From Candidatus Thorarchaeota archaeon (GTDB taxonomy: Archaea > Asgardarchaeota > Thorarchaeia > Thorarchaeales > Thorarchaeaceae): 30,533 nt of DNA. Shown in pieces: positions 18,611-28,317 of the stretch. The DNA is taken from NCBI GenBank assembly GCA_048884785.1, contig JBHLQM010000012.1, positions 28,858-59,390 on the forward strand. Reading direction: 5' to 3'. Under the pieces are notes generated by a model. That model saw only the letters and a program-made list of their open reading frames with translations, was not told the DNA's origin and did no database searches. Both the position numbers and the translations under genes were made by a program. Positions within the stretch are counted from its first letter, which is position 1; each line of letters opens with the position of its first letter.

Positions 18611-19942
18611 TTAGGTAATCTCGACTTCCTCCTCTTCCTCCCTCAGAACTTCGATATCTTTTAGCTTCTGTAGCAACGACTCTTTGTCCCTAAAGAAGCC
18701 ATAGAAGAGCACTATTGCGAGGATGTAGAGGCCAGAAACAAGGACATACGGCAATCTGTATAGTCCTGCTGCCAGAAGCATACCCCCTATATTTGCCGCA
18801 ACCCCTCTTACAAAGGAGTCGCCTGTTCTTACTATCCCAACTGCTGTAGCACGTTCCTCCTTCGCGAGGTATTCCATAAAGAATGCATTTGCCACTGGAC
18901 CACCCATATTCATGAGAACAGTTCGGGACACATAGGCTACTACTGCGAGCCAAAGAACGGGAGCCCAAGATATCATCAACAAGAATGGAACAGATAGAGC
19001 TTCAGTGAGAACCACAGTTCTGACTTTTCCAATGCGATCAGACATTGCTGGCGCCAGGAAGTTACCTGCTGCGAGGACAATGGTGTTGATACCGAAAATT
19101 ACTCCTATGAGCGATGCATCTGCAATAAAGACCTGAGAGAAGAAGATGTTAAAGAACATAACAATCATTCCAGCACCTAGGCCAACGGTGGTCACAGTTG
19201 AGGCATATTTGCCAATGAATCCCCAGCTCTTCACATTTTTGAAGTCGATTCCAGGTGAAACTGTAACTACAATATCCCGAGTCATCGGAATCACAACAAG
19301 ACCAGAGATGAGCATTGGTATCAAACTGAACCAGAGAGTCAGTCGATATGCCCAGAAAAGGGTGAGTGATGTGCCAAACGTGTTCATTAGAAAGGCTGGC
19401 ATGTACCCACCCAGAAGATTTCCAGCCAGAACAGAGAGCAGAGCTATCCCACTGCTGAATCCAAAAAGATGAGCACGCTCTTCATTTGTGGAGAGGTCAG
19501 TGATGTAGGGCGACCAAGAAACTTGACTGAATGCACTAGAAAGACCAAGAAATACTTGGGACATCATCAGCCAAATTGGATCTAGAGTCGTGTATTGGAC
19601 CAGAATCATTGCGAAGCTGATGAAACTTGAGGCTAGTATAATCAATTTCCGACTACGCCTGTCAGTAAACATGCCGGCAAAGATAGCAATTCCAGCTGTA
19701 GCGAACATTGAGATCGATAGGAAGAAACCTAGGAAATCCTCTCCAAACCCAGATTCTACCATGTAGAGGTTGAATATCACGTTGCTGATTCCGAACGCAA
19801 AAGAACTTGCTGCGTTTGATGCTATGAATAGACGAGCGTCCTTCTTGAGAAGTCGTATCCTGTCAGCGTAGCTGGGTTTCGTCGATTCCAAGTGTATTCT
19901 CCACCCTAGGTCTAGAGAACTCTCTAGGTCTAGATTAGTCAT
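18611..19942 (-). CDS. MFS transporter
   Basis: About 12 TM helices with motif A-like sequences GMFTDRRSRK and MSDRIGKVR. Confidence 0.93.
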   Translation of the reverse strand: MTNLDLESSLDLGWRIHLESTKPSYADRIRLLKKDARLFIASNAASSFAFGISNVIFNLYMVESGFGEDFLGFFLSISMFATAGIAIFAGMFTDRRSRKLIILASSFISFAMILVQYTTLDPIWLMMSQVFLGLSSAFSQVSWSPYITDLSTNEERAHLFGFSSGIALLSVLAGNLLGGYMPAFLMNTFGTSLTLFWAYRLTLWFSLIPMLISGLVVIPMTRDIVVTVSPGIDFKNVKSWGFIGKYASTVTTVGLGAGMIVMFFNIFFSQVFIADASLIGVIFGINTIVLAAGNFLAPAMSDRIGKVRTVVLTEALSVPFLLMISWAPVLWLAVVAYVSRTVLMNMGGPVANAFFMEYLAKEERATAVGIVRTGDSFVRGVAANIGGMLLAAGLYRLPYVLVSGLYILAIVLFYGFFRDKESLLQKLKDIEVLREEEEEVEIT

Positions 19943-20008
19943 GACCTATAACAATTCCTAACTGTTCAATCCACAAAGATAAAACCAAGATGAGGTTCTT
20001 TTGCATGT

Positions 20009-21058
20009 ATGAAGATGATTGACCTTCGAAGTGACACTGTGACAAAACCAACAGATGAGATGATAGAGAGTATTGTTCAGGCTCACAAGGCAAATAGATT
20101 CGGAGATGATGTCACAGGAGAAGATGAGGTGGTGAATGAACTACAGGAGAAAGCGGCAAAAATCCTTGGCAAAGAGAAAGCACTCCTTGTGACATCCGGA
20201 ACTCAGGGCAACCTCATTTCTCTGTTTTCGCAATCGAGAAGAGGGGATGAAGTGGTTGTAGAACGGATGTCGCATACATTCCTCTTCGAGGGAGGCTCAA
20301 TGGCATCGTTGGCAGGTCTCTTTCCGAAGCCTGTTGAGGGAGTTCGCGGATACATCCTACCAGAGACTCTTGAACTGGCAATCAGTCCAGATGATGCTCA
20401 CTATGCGAAGACGTCGATTGTTGTGATTGAGAATACGCACAACTACGCTGGTGGGACGGTAATAAAGCCCGACCAGATCAAGGCTCTTGTGGAAGTTGCC
20501 AGGAGATTTGACCTAAAGGTACATGTTGATGGAGCCCGGTTGTTTAACGCCGCTGTTGCATTGGGAGTGCCTGCCAACAGGTTGGTTGAAGATGCAGACA
20601 GCGTACAGATCTGTCTTAGCAAGGGGCTATCTGCACCTGTGGGATCAATCATAGCAGGAACAGAGGAATTCATACATGAGGCTCACAGAACCAGGAAGAA
20701 GCTGGGTGGCGGAATGCGGCAGGCAGGTATCATTGCTGCGCCAGGAATAATTGCTCTAGAGAAAATGGTCAATCGACTAAAGGAAGATCATGAAAACGCA
20801 CGTCTGCTATTTGAGAGAATATCAAAAATCCCACAACTTGCTGTTGAGAAGCCAGATTCAAACATCCTATTTGTTAATACAGAGAAACTTGGGATTGGAG
20901 CCGCAGAGTTATCCAAATATCTTGGGGAGAAAGGAATTCGTGTATATGGGGCATATGGCACACGAACTAGATTTGTACTGAACCGAATGGTCAGTAGAGA
21001 CGACACACTGTATGTCGCAGATGCCATTGAAGATATCGTGAAAAGAGTTGCTAGCTAG
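20009..21058 (+). CDS. ltaE: Low-specificity L-threonine aldolase (PLP-dependent)
   Basis: DLRSDTVT, SGTQGN, ENTHN, HVDGARLFNA, CLSKGL (PLP Lys), GGGMRQAG. Confidence 0.93.
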   Translation: MKMIDLRSDTVTKPTDEMIESIVQAHKANRFGDDVTGEDEVVNELQEKAAKILGKEKALLVTSGTQGNLISLFSQSRRGDEVVVERMSHTFLFEGGSMASLAGLFPKPVEGVRGYILPETLELAISPDDAHYAKTSIVVIENTHNYAGGTVIKPDQIKALVEVARRFDLKVHVDGARLFNAAVALGVPANRLVEDADSVQICLSKGLSAPVGSIIAGTEEFIHEAHRTRKKLGGGMRQAGIIAAPGIIALEKMVNRLKEDHENARLLFERISKIPQLAVEKPDSNILFVNTEKLGIGAAELSKYLGEKGIRVYGAYGTRTRFVLNRMVSRDDTLYVADAIEDIVKRVAS

Positions 21059-21329
21059 CTAAACGAGTCCTTGCATCAGCTAGCATCTTTGTGCAATGAT
21101 CAGACCAGTCTGGTGCAAGTTTCAAGGCTTTTTCGGTACACTCAATACATTCACTGTACTGACCGAGCTGAAAGTGGAGTTTTGCCTTATAGAACCAGGC
21201 ATGGGCATAGTCCTGGTTGACATCAAGTGCTTTTGCATAAGCCTTGAGGGCCTCGTCGAAGCGTCCATTCTTTTCATGGGTCTTCGCTCTGCGATAGAAA
21301 TCGAAGTGCGTAATTGGCTCTTCGGACAC
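21051..21329 (-). CDS. Small two-repeat TPR protein
   Basis: G.FDEAL.AY..AL...AHAWFYKA...LGQY. Probable start is GTG 21329 after AGGAG (track start 21362). Confidence 0.85.
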   Translation of the reverse strand: MSEEPITHFDFYRRAKTHEKNGRFDEALKAYAKALDVNQDYAHAWFYKAKLHFQLGQYSECIECTEKALKLAPDWSDHCTKMLADARTRLAS

Positions 21330-21402
21330 CCGTGAAATCTCCTGTCGTATATCTATGTACATCTAGTCAAATAAATATCATGCAAGCAACTGAAGTGGCA
21401 AT

Positions 21403-21822
21403 CTAGTGGCTTTCTTTTGGCTCCTGACAGAGCTCTAATAGCACTCCAGATGTAGATTTTGGATGAACAAACGCAATTCGCATATTATGAGCCCCGACAC
21501 GAGGTTGATCGTCAATAAGGCGAACCCCATTTCGTCGGTGCTCCTCAAGACTATCCTCAATTGCATCTACTCTTACAGCAATATGATGAATTCCCTCTCC
21601 ACGTTTCTCAAGGAATCCTGCAATTGGGCTGTCTTCCGATGTAGGCTCTAGTAGTTCAATCCTGTTTTCACCAATCTCTAGAAATGCGACTCGTACCTTC
21701 TGTTCCAAAACCGTTTCTGTACCAGTATACTTGAGCCCGAGGATATCTCTATAGTATGGGAGGGAGGCCTCGATGCTCTTCACGGCGATTCCAATGTGCT
21801 CAATCTTTTCTACACCCATCAT
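21403..21822 (-). CDS. mce: Methylmalonyl-CoA epimerase
   Basis: IEHIGIAV, IELLEP, GEGIHHIA, FVHPKSTSGVLLELCQ. True start is ATG 21822 after GAGGTGA; the track's 5' extension overlaps the mutase gene. Confidence 0.95.
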   Translation of the reverse strand: MMGVEKIEHIGIAVKSIEASLPYYRDILGLKYTGTETVLEQKVRVAFLEIGENRIELLEPTSEDSPIAGFLEKRGEGIHHIAVRVDAIEDSLEEHRRNGVRLIDDQPRVGAHNMRIAFVHPKSTSGVLLELCQEPKESH

Positions 21823-21829
21823 ATTCACC

Positions 21830-23500
21830 TCAAAATATGTCGGCTGACTTATACTCACCAAATACCTCGCGTAGTACGCCACAAATTTCTCCAAGTGTGG
21901 CATATACGCGAACTGCATTGATTATGTGTGGCATCAGATTCTCTTCAGTCATTGCAGATTCTCGTAGGGTATTAAGTGCTCTACTGACCTCATCTTTGTC
22001 GCGCGATTCTTTTCGTTGTCTGAGTCTTCTAACCTGTTCTTCCTCAATCATTGGATTTACACGAAGATAGTCAAAGCTATGTTCTTCATCAGCCAGGAAT
22101 TTATTGACACCAACCACTGTTCTCATACCCTTATCGACCTGCTGCTGAAAATCATACGCGCTCGCGTGAATCTCTCTCTGAATGAATCCTTGCTCAATGG
22201 CAGAAGGCGCCCCGCCCATCTCATCAATCTTCTGAATATAATCCATGGCATGTCTTTCTATGTCGTCAGTAAGATTCTCGATATAGTAGGATCCAGCCAA
22301 GGGGTCTATGGTGTCACACACTCCCGATTCGTAGGCAATAATTTGTTGTGTTCGTAATGCAATCTGAACAGATTCCATTGTTGGAAGCGAGAGCGCTTCA
22401 TCTCTGGAGTTCGTATGCAATGATTGGGTTCCGCCGAGAACAGCCTGAAGAGCTTGAAGTGTCACTCTTACCACATTATTATCAGGTTGCTGTGCAGTAA
22501 GTGTGCACCCTGCAGTCTGAGTGTGGAACCGCATCTTGCAGGAATCATCATTCCTTGCATTGAATCTCTCACGCATTATGCGTGCCCACATTCGTCTTGC
22601 CGCCCGGAACTTGGCTATCTCCTCAAAGAAGTCAGAGTGACTGCCAAAAAAGAACGACAACCGAGATGCAAAGTCGTCCACATCAAGTCCCGCTTTCAAT
22701 GCGGCTTTCACATAGGCAATTCCATCAGCGAGTGTAAATGCAACCTCTTGAATTGCTGTCGAGCCTGCTTCTCGTAGATGATACCCGGATATCGAGATTG
22801 TATTCCAAAGAGGCATGTATTTAGAGCAGAATTGGAAAATATCAGTAGTCAGGCGCATTGATGGTTTAGGAGGGAAAATGTAGGTCCCACGTGCGGCATA
22901 CTCTTTCAGAATATCATTCTGCGTTGTTCCTCTTAGCTTTTCCATTGATACTCCCTGCTTCTCGGCAACTACAATATACATTGCCAGTAATACTGCAGCC
23001 GGTGCGTTGATTGTCATAGAGGTACTCACCTTATCAAGAGGAATTGAGTCGAATAGGACCTCCATATCTTCAAGAGAGTCAATAGCTACTCCAACTTTTC
23101 CGACTTCACCTCTAGCTAATGGATCATCCGAGTCATATCCAATTTGAGTCGGAAGGTCAAAGGCTACAGATAGTCCCGTCTGTCCTTGTTCGAGAAGGAA
23201 ACGAAATCGCTCATTGGTTTCCATTGCAGTGGCAAAGCCACTGTATTGACGCATTGTCCAGAAACGGCCGCGGAACATAGTTGGTTGAACACCGCGAGTG
23301 AATGGGTAGTCACCGGGAAAGCCAAGCTGCTCCCCATAATTCACATTCGAAGTATCTAATGGTGTATAGAGTCGTTTTATTGGCAGTCCAGAAATCGTAA
23401 GGAATTCCTCTTGTCGCTCCGGAAACCTTTCTAGAGTTTTTCTAAGAGTACCAGACTCCCACTCGCTCGTTAGCTCTGTGAGATCCTTCTCTTCATTCAT
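21830..23500 (-). CDS. Methylmalonyl-CoA mutase, large (substrate-binding) subunit
   Basis: [14 protein letters not shown] (Tyr), [14 protein letters not shown] (Arg), [17 protein letters not shown]. No fused B12-binding domain. Confidence 0.96.
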   Translation of the reverse strand: MNEEKDLTELTSEWESGTLRKTLERFPERQEEFLTISGLPIKRLYTPLDTSNVNYGEQLGFPGDYPFTRGVQPTMFRGRFWTMRQYSGFATAMETNERFRFLLEQGQTGLSVAFDLPTQIGYDSDDPLARGEVGKVGVAIDSLEDMEVLFDSIPLDKVSTSMTINAPAAVLLAMYIVVAEKQGVSMEKLRGTTQNDILKEYAARGTYIFPPKPSMRLTTDIFQFCSKYMPLWNTISISGYHLREAGSTAIQEVAFTLADGIAYVKAALKAGLDVDDFASRLSFFFGSHSDFFEEIAKFRAARRMWARIMRERFNARNDDSCKMRFHTQTAGCTLTAQQPDNNVVRVTLQALQAVLGGTQSLHTNSRDEALSLPTMESVQIALRTQQIIAYESGVCDTIDPLAGSYYIENLTDDIERHAMDYIQKIDEMGGAPSAIEQGFIQREIHASAYDFQQQVDKGMRTVVGVNKFLADEEHSFDYLRVNPMIEEEQVRRLRQRKESRDKDEVSRALNTLRESAMTEENLMPHIINAVRVYATLGEICGVLREVFGEYKSADIF

Positions 23501-23510
23501 TTTATGACAC

Positions 23511-24470
23511 CTATTTTTTGCATCTTACAAGAAATTCAGTAATCAGCCGCTCAGCGACTGTGTAGGGATCTTCTTTTCTTTGCGCGATTTTTCTGATAGC
23601 TTCCTCATATTCCGGACTACCACGAAGACTGCCCAACAGCTCTTTGGTTAACTTATACTTCATCAGCTCTTCCAATTCATCCTTGCTTCTTCTGAAACCC
23701 TTCTCTTCAAGCTTTCCCGACTCAGTTAGATGTCTATGATGTTCTGCAATCTTTTCGATAAGGGTTTGAATACCTTCACCTGTTCGGCCATTGGTTAGAA
23801 TTACTGGGGGTCTCCAGTCACCCATGTGTTGGTCAGTATCTAGCATCATGTTGATGTCTGTGACCTTTCTATCAGCTCCCGAGAGGTCTGACTTGTTAAC
23901 AACGAAGATATCCGCAATTTCCATAATTCCTGCCTTAATGGCTTGAATATCATCACCGCTTCCAGGGACATCAATCACAATGACCGTCTGAGCAATCTCA
24001 ATTACCTCCACCTCAGACTGCCCAGCACCCACAGTTTCAATTATTATAATATCATTACCAAATGCGTCAATAGCTTGAACTGCATCAGAAGTGGCTCTAG
24101 CTATCCCTCCGAGATGACCTCTCGTTCCCATACTTCGGACAAACACCTTCTCGTCGAGACTGTGTTCCTGCATTCGAATACGATCACCGAGTAATGCTCC
24201 ACCAGAGAAAGGACTAGAGGGGTCGACAGCAACTATTCCAACAGATCTGTCTTGTTTTCTGAACTCAGCAATCATTCGCGCCACAATTGTGCTTTTCCCT
24301 GACCCAGGGGGCCCTGTAACGCCGATGATGTGTGCTTGTCCAGTATGTGTATATAAAAGAGTGAGAACATCTGCTGCGAGGGGATCTTCATCTTCAATCA
24401 ATGAGATGAGTCGTGCCAAATCTCGTCTTTTTTTGTTGAGAACCCCCTCAGCAAGCTTCTCTGCGGACAC
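23511..24470 (-). CDS. meaB: MeaB/ArgK GTPase chaperone of B12 mutase
   Basis: [52 protein letters not shown]. Confidence 0.96.
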   Translation of the reverse strand: MSAEKLAEGVLNKKRRDLARLISLIEDEDPLAADVLTLLYTHTGQAHIIGVTGPPGSGKSTIVARMIAEFRKQDRSVGIVAVDPSSPFSGGALLGDRIRMQEHSLDEKVFVRSMGTRGHLGGIARATSDAVQAIDAFGNDIIIIETVGAGQSEVEVIEIAQTVIVIDVPGSGDDIQAIKAGIMEIADIFVVNKSDLSGADRKVTDINMMLDTDQHMGDWRPPVILTNGRTGEGIQTLIEKIAEHHRHLTESGKLEEKGFRRSKDELEELMKYKLTKELLGSLRGSPEYEEAIRKIAQRKEDPYTVAERLITEFLVRCKK

Positions 24471-24493
24471 TTCAATATCCTCATGGCAATACT

Positions 24494-24901
24494 TTATTTC
24501 TTTACATTTGAATTGATGAAATTAACAATTTCCTGCAACTGCGTTCCGGGGCCAAATACCTCAGCAATCCCACATTCTTTCAAGAACGGGATGTCATCCT
24601 CAGGAATTATTCCACCAGCTACAACCAGGACATTTCCCACTCCCTCTTCTCGCAGCAATTCCATCACCCTTGGAAAGATTGCATTATGTGCCCCACTCAA
24701 GATGCTAAGCCCTATAACATCCACAGCCTCATCAACCGCGGCACGAACAATCATCTCTGGAGTCTGACGAAGCCCCGTATAGATAACCTCCATCCCTGCA
24801 TCTCGAAGAGCACGAGCTACTACTTTAGCGCCCCTGTCATGACCATCCAATCCAGGTTTTGCAACGAGAACTCGAATCTTACTTGACGAACTCAAGAGCA
24901 C
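24494..24901 (-). CDS. Methylmalonyl-CoA mutase small subunit (cobalamin-binding domain)
   Basis: [13 protein letters not shown] (DxHxxG), [19 protein letters not shown]. Confidence 0.96.
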   Translation of the reverse strand: MLLSSSSKIRVLVAKPGLDGHDRGAKVVARALRDAGMEVIYTGLRQTPEMIVRAAVDEAVDVIGLSILSGAHNAIFPRVMELLREEGVGNVLVVAGGIIPEDDIPFLKECGIAEVFGPGTQLQEIVNFINSNVKK

Positions 24902-24942
24902 ACCTCAAACCATAATCTGATGGCGCGAATGCCTTGGCCGTG

Positions 24943-24956
24943 ATATAAAGGCTTTC
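24943..24956 (-). promoter_or_regulatory. Archaeal BRE/TATA promoter of the mutase operon
   Basis: The minus strand reads GAAAGCCTTTATAT, about 40 bp upstream of 24901. Confidence 0.5.
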
Positions 24957-24973
24957 ACTTCGCGGATATTTGG

Positions 24974-25969
24974 TTATTCTTCAATGATATGAACTGTATT
25001 CTCTCTCCCATCCTTGAACCTTCGAACTAAACCTCTCTCTTCAAGTGCAGTGAGAATCAGACTGACCTTGGATTGTGACATATCAAGGTCTACGTAGAGA
25101 TCTTTCTGAAGACAAGAACCGCCCTTAGCTCTAATCGCATCGAGAACTTGCTCTTCTTCCGATGTGACCCCAGCAATTCTAACTCTGCTAATATCCTTGA
25201 GTTTTATTATAATCCGGGGGCCGTATAGCCCGATCAGAAGACCAAGAATTAGAAATGCAATGCTAAGGACGATAATCTCACCTTGCGCAAAGGCTACTGG
25301 TATTCCTGAATATATCGGAGACTGATATCGAACTATGAAGACCCTCTCTTGACCAGGCTGCAATGTTGATACATTCCATATGAAGGCGAGGGAAAGACCA
25401 TCGGTGAAATTCTCCGAGGATTTAGGAAATATAGGAGTGACTGATTGCCCTGAAAGAGTAGATTTAGGGGGCAAAATGGCCGTTAGCGTGAAGTTTGAAT
25501 ATGTATGGAGTGGGCGCACATAGAAGATGAAATCTGAAAGCGTAGCATCTTCCTCGAGAATTAATCCAGAATCTGATTGAATATCGTTAATAGATAGTGT
25601 TACTGTTATCCAAGCAGCTTCATTTTCATTCAGTTGGTTAGCGAAATTGAAGGTGATCAAAGAATAGCGTTCCATCGATTGAAGTGTTGCATCCGTACCT
25701 TCACCATCAAATTCTGCAGACAGTAGCTCTGCCTGTACAGAATCGAACCGAATATCTATGCCTGTAGCTGTAGCAGAACCGTGGTTTATTACACGAGCAT
25801 GAAACCTAACCAAGGAAGTCCCATTTTCATCCATTGCAATCATAATAGAAACAGGGTCAAATACTAAGTCTTCAGTCTGACTCATCTCGGCTTCGACATA
25901 ACCTGTATATTGAGAACTAGCTATGAGAATAATGGCAATCACAAGAACGAAGCCCGACTTAATTTTCAT
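24974..25969 (-). CDS. Membrane-anchored winged-helix protein (signal peptide, extracellular beta domain, TM, cytoplasmic MarR-like wHTH; COG2512-like)
   Basis: Signal peptide, beta-rich ectodomain and TM IIVLSIAFLILGLLIGLY. Tail EEEQVLDAI..GG..LQKDL....SQSKVS.IL..LEERGLVRR..GREN. Confidence 0.85.
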   Translation of the reverse strand: MKIKSGFVLVIAIILIASSQYTGYVEAEMSQTEDLVFDPVSIMIAMDENGTSLVRFHARVINHGSATATGIDIRFDSVQAELLSAEFDGEGTDATLQSMERYSLITFNFANQLNENEAAWITVTLSINDIQSDSGLILEEDATLSDFIFYVRPLHTYSNFTLTAILPPKSTLSGQSVTPIFPKSSENFTDGLSLAFIWNVSTLQPGQERVFIVRYQSPIYSGIPVAFAQGEIIVLSIAFLILGLLIGLYGPRIIIKLKDISRVRIAGVTSEEEQVLDAIRAKGGSCLQKDLYVDLDMSQSKVSLILTALEERGLVRRFKDGRENTVHIIEE

Positions 25970-26045
25970 AATACGAAACTTCCCAACATATCCGAAGCGA
26001 TGTCGAATTTCCCAGGTGTTGTATTAGATTCAGTGCAACCTATTG

Positions 26046-26084
26046 AAAAAGGTTAGTAGTGAGTTTGTCAAAGAAACTCACTAC
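26046..26084 (-). terminator. Hairpin plus T-tract terminator-like element
   Basis: Perfect 11-bp inverted repeat GTAGTGAGTTT-N7-AAACTCACTAC (26056-26084), followed on the minus strand by TAACCTTTTT, 10 bp after the stop of 26095..27270. Confidence 0.65.
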
Positions 26085-26094
26085 CAATGATGAT

Positions 26095-27270
26095 TCATTT
26101 TCTCCTTCTTACTAGTACTACCGCAATAGCCAGTATTGACACAATGCCTATTCCCAGCAGGAAGAGATATTCCGTGGTGGCTGTCACAGGAGGAGCTTGA
26201 GATTCATACATCCCAATGGAGGGATCATGAAGCAGAGATCCACCATCAAAGTTTGGATATGCCAAGTAAACTGAAAGACCAAACCCTATGGGAACATAGG
26301 ATGCGGTCACATTTACTGCCTCAGTTTCGCCGCCAGGCCAAGTGATAGTTGCTGTGTCAACCCAGCTGAAGAAACCTGTGGAGATTTCGGTCCCTGTTTC
26401 AACGAAATCGATGTGTTGAGTATGTGTACCGTTCATCATTTGAAACATGGTTTCATTGCCTCCAGTGGTTGTCCAGTTCATGCCAGAATTACAGCTCACA
26501 TTACCAAATTGCTCACGCGTCTGAAACATATGCTGATTCTGATATTGCATACTAGAAGCAAGGTTTTCTCGAAGGAGGGTTTCAATTGCTACACTGCTGG
26601 TTTCGCTTGAAAATGGAAAATTGCCTATTTCTATATCCATCTTCAGCTCAGATGCGGCGGCCACACTATATGTAGCCTGGACACCGTTATCGTCAGTTAC
26701 AGCCCCATCATACCCATTGAGATAGATGTGAGCCCAGATTTGCAGTGTTACATCTTCAAATCGTTCTATACCTGAATTGCCTGTAAAGTTCCTGTAACCC
26801 ATTCCAGGACCGCCATGATGACCAGGCATCATGCCATCTGAGATCAGACCACCCTTTGTGTACTTCAGCCACACTTCTGTTGTGACGCCCTCGTCAGTAA
26901 CCGTGCCAGTTTGCACTGTCCATTCGTAGGCAGCAAGTGGAGCAAAGTAGAGAATTTCATTTGACTGAAATGCATCATCTCCATTCAAATCCTCAAATTC
27001 AATCAATGTAATGTACTGTGCCAAAAACTTCGCGAAGGATCCATTCTGATCGTTTGTAAACCAGAAATGGAACATTGGCATCTGGCCACTTGCCATGATT
27101 GTAATAACATCGGTGTTGATCCATACCGACCCATCATTCTCACGCCATGGGTCAGGCATCATGTGTCCAGGGCCTCCCATATGACCCTGAGCGCTGACAG
27201 CGATAACCATTGGCTGTGCTATGAATAACGCAAGTAAGATCCCTAGCAAGAGTCTTTTTGTTTGCTTCAT
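26095..27270 (-). CDS. Surface protein with His/Met/Gly-rich patches and C-terminal TM anchor
   Basis: Signal peptide; GHMGGPGHMMP and GMMPGHHGGPGMG; DLNGDD Ca-loop-like motif; C-terminal TM followed by RRRK. Confidence 0.85.
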   Translation of the reverse strand: MKQTKRLLLGILLALFIAQPMVIAVSAQGHMGGPGHMMPDPWRENDGSVWINTDVITIMASGQMPMFHFWFTNDQNGSFAKFLAQYITLIEFEDLNGDDAFQSNEILYFAPLAAYEWTVQTGTVTDEGVTTEVWLKYTKGGLISDGMMPGHHGGPGMGYRNFTGNSGIERFEDVTLQIWAHIYLNGYDGAVTDDNGVQATYSVAAASELKMDIEIGNFPFSSETSSVAIETLLRENLASSMQYQNQHMFQTREQFGNVSCNSGMNWTTTGGNETMFQMMNGTHTQHIDFVETGTEISTGFFSWVDTATITWPGGETEAVNVTASYVPIGFGLSVYLAYPNFDGGSLLHDPSIGMYESQAPPVTATTEYLFLLGIGIVSILAIAVVLVRRRK

Positions 27271-27288
27271 TATAAGTCACCAACTCAG

Positions 27289-27326
27289 TGCAGGAATTTT
27301 GTATTTATAACGACAATTTTGCAGGA
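27289..27326 (-). promoter_or_regulatory. TATA box flanked by TGCAGGA direct repeats
   Basis: TGCAGGA at 27289 and 27320 (31-bp spacing) bracket TATTTATAA (27302-27310), about 35 bp upstream of 27270. Confidence 0.45.
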
Positions 27327-27483
27327 TTAAAAATATGAGGTTGCATAAAGCATATGGACCGCCAATCACTGAGAAGAGGCTTTATGGATGCTTTAAATCC
27401 TGAAAAGACCCGTCCAATCCTTCTCCTCATAGATGTACTTTATTAGCCCTCATGAGAAGAGCTACCCGGAGTAAAGAAGAAGA

Positions 27484-27756
27484 ATGTCAGTAGGTCATGA
27501 AGATTACACTGAATATGACTGGTTTGGTGAGGCTCGTGTACAAGAAACCTCTGGTGATCTTCAGGGTGCGATGAAAGCATTTGAAGAGTCAATCAAACTT
27601 AACCCCAAGTTTGCTAAGGCATGGTACTACAAGGCAATCCTCCATTATCATCTTGGTGAAATGTCAGAGGCAGCTAAATGCGCAAAGAAAGTGATGCAGC
27701 TGAACCCTTCGTGGGAAAAGCATTTGAGAAAGAATATGCCCAATCTTAAGTTCTAA
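27484..27756 (+). CDS. Small two-repeat TPR protein
   Basis: GDLQGAMKAFEESIKLNPKFAKAWYYKA...LGE..EA..CA......NP. Confidence 0.88.
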   Translation: MSVGHEDYTEYDWFGEARVQETSGDLQGAMKAFEESIKLNPKFAKAWYYKAILHYHLGEMSEAAKCAKKVMQLNPSWEKHLRKNMPNLKF

Positions 27757-27774
27757 TCTCAATAAGCTCATTTT

Positions 27775-28224
27775 CTACTTGAGTGCTTCAGATGAGTCAG
27801 GAAAGAGCAAGACATAGACCGCTTGGTTTAATGTGAGCACCTTTTTGTTAACCCATTCCATGACCATCTTCACGTTCTCTTTTGATGAGATCTGTGACAA
27901 TGCATCAAGAACAGCCGGCTTACAATCCTCAATCTCAAGAAGCTCTTCAATTGTCCGAACTATAATCATTTGTCGGGCATCAAGACTAGTCTGAGTCAGC
28001 CAGTAGAGAATATTATCCTTGACATCTTCCGGAGTGTCGGAATCCGCAGTGAAGGTGTCAATTGCTCCTGAAACACGAGAAACCGCATCACTATCTTGGA
28101 TTTCCTCAAGCTCACTCCGTATCAGAGTGACAATTTCCTCGGTCTTCTCAGGGCAGGACTTGAGCAATTCGACAAGGTCAGAACGTGCCTTCATCGGTCC
28201 ATCAAAACCATTATCATCGCTCAA
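27775..28224 (-). CDS. Hypothetical acidic alpha-helical protein
   Basis: 149-aa ORF with a TTG start after GGAGAG and amphipathic helices, co-oriented with the HAD and CoA-transferase genes. Confidence 0.75.
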   Translation of the reverse strand: MSDDNGFDGPMKARSDLVELLKSCPEKTEEIVTLIRSELEEIQDSDAVSRVSGAIDTFTADSDTPEDVKDNILYWLTQTSLDARQMIIVRTIEELLEIEDCKPAVLDALSQISSKENVKMVMEWVNKKVLTLNQAVYVLLFPDSSEALK

Positions 28225-28317
28225 TCTAATTCTCTCTCCTTCTGTCGTCGCAGAGCAGTTTCTTTCATTTGCTACTATCTAATAACAGTTTTTCAGAGGT
28301 AATACAATGGATGTATC

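Noticed and set aside
21823-21918. N-terminal extension of the epimerase overlapping the mutase gene
   Set aside because: Homology begins at MMGVEKIEH, and a GAGGTGA SD precedes ATG 21822; the extension is an ORF-calling artefact.
21830-23500. Mutase as isobutyryl-CoA or 2-hydroxyisobutyryl-CoA mutase
   Set aside because: It has the Tyr and Arg specificity residues of methylmalonyl-CoA mutase and is adjacent to the epimerase gene.
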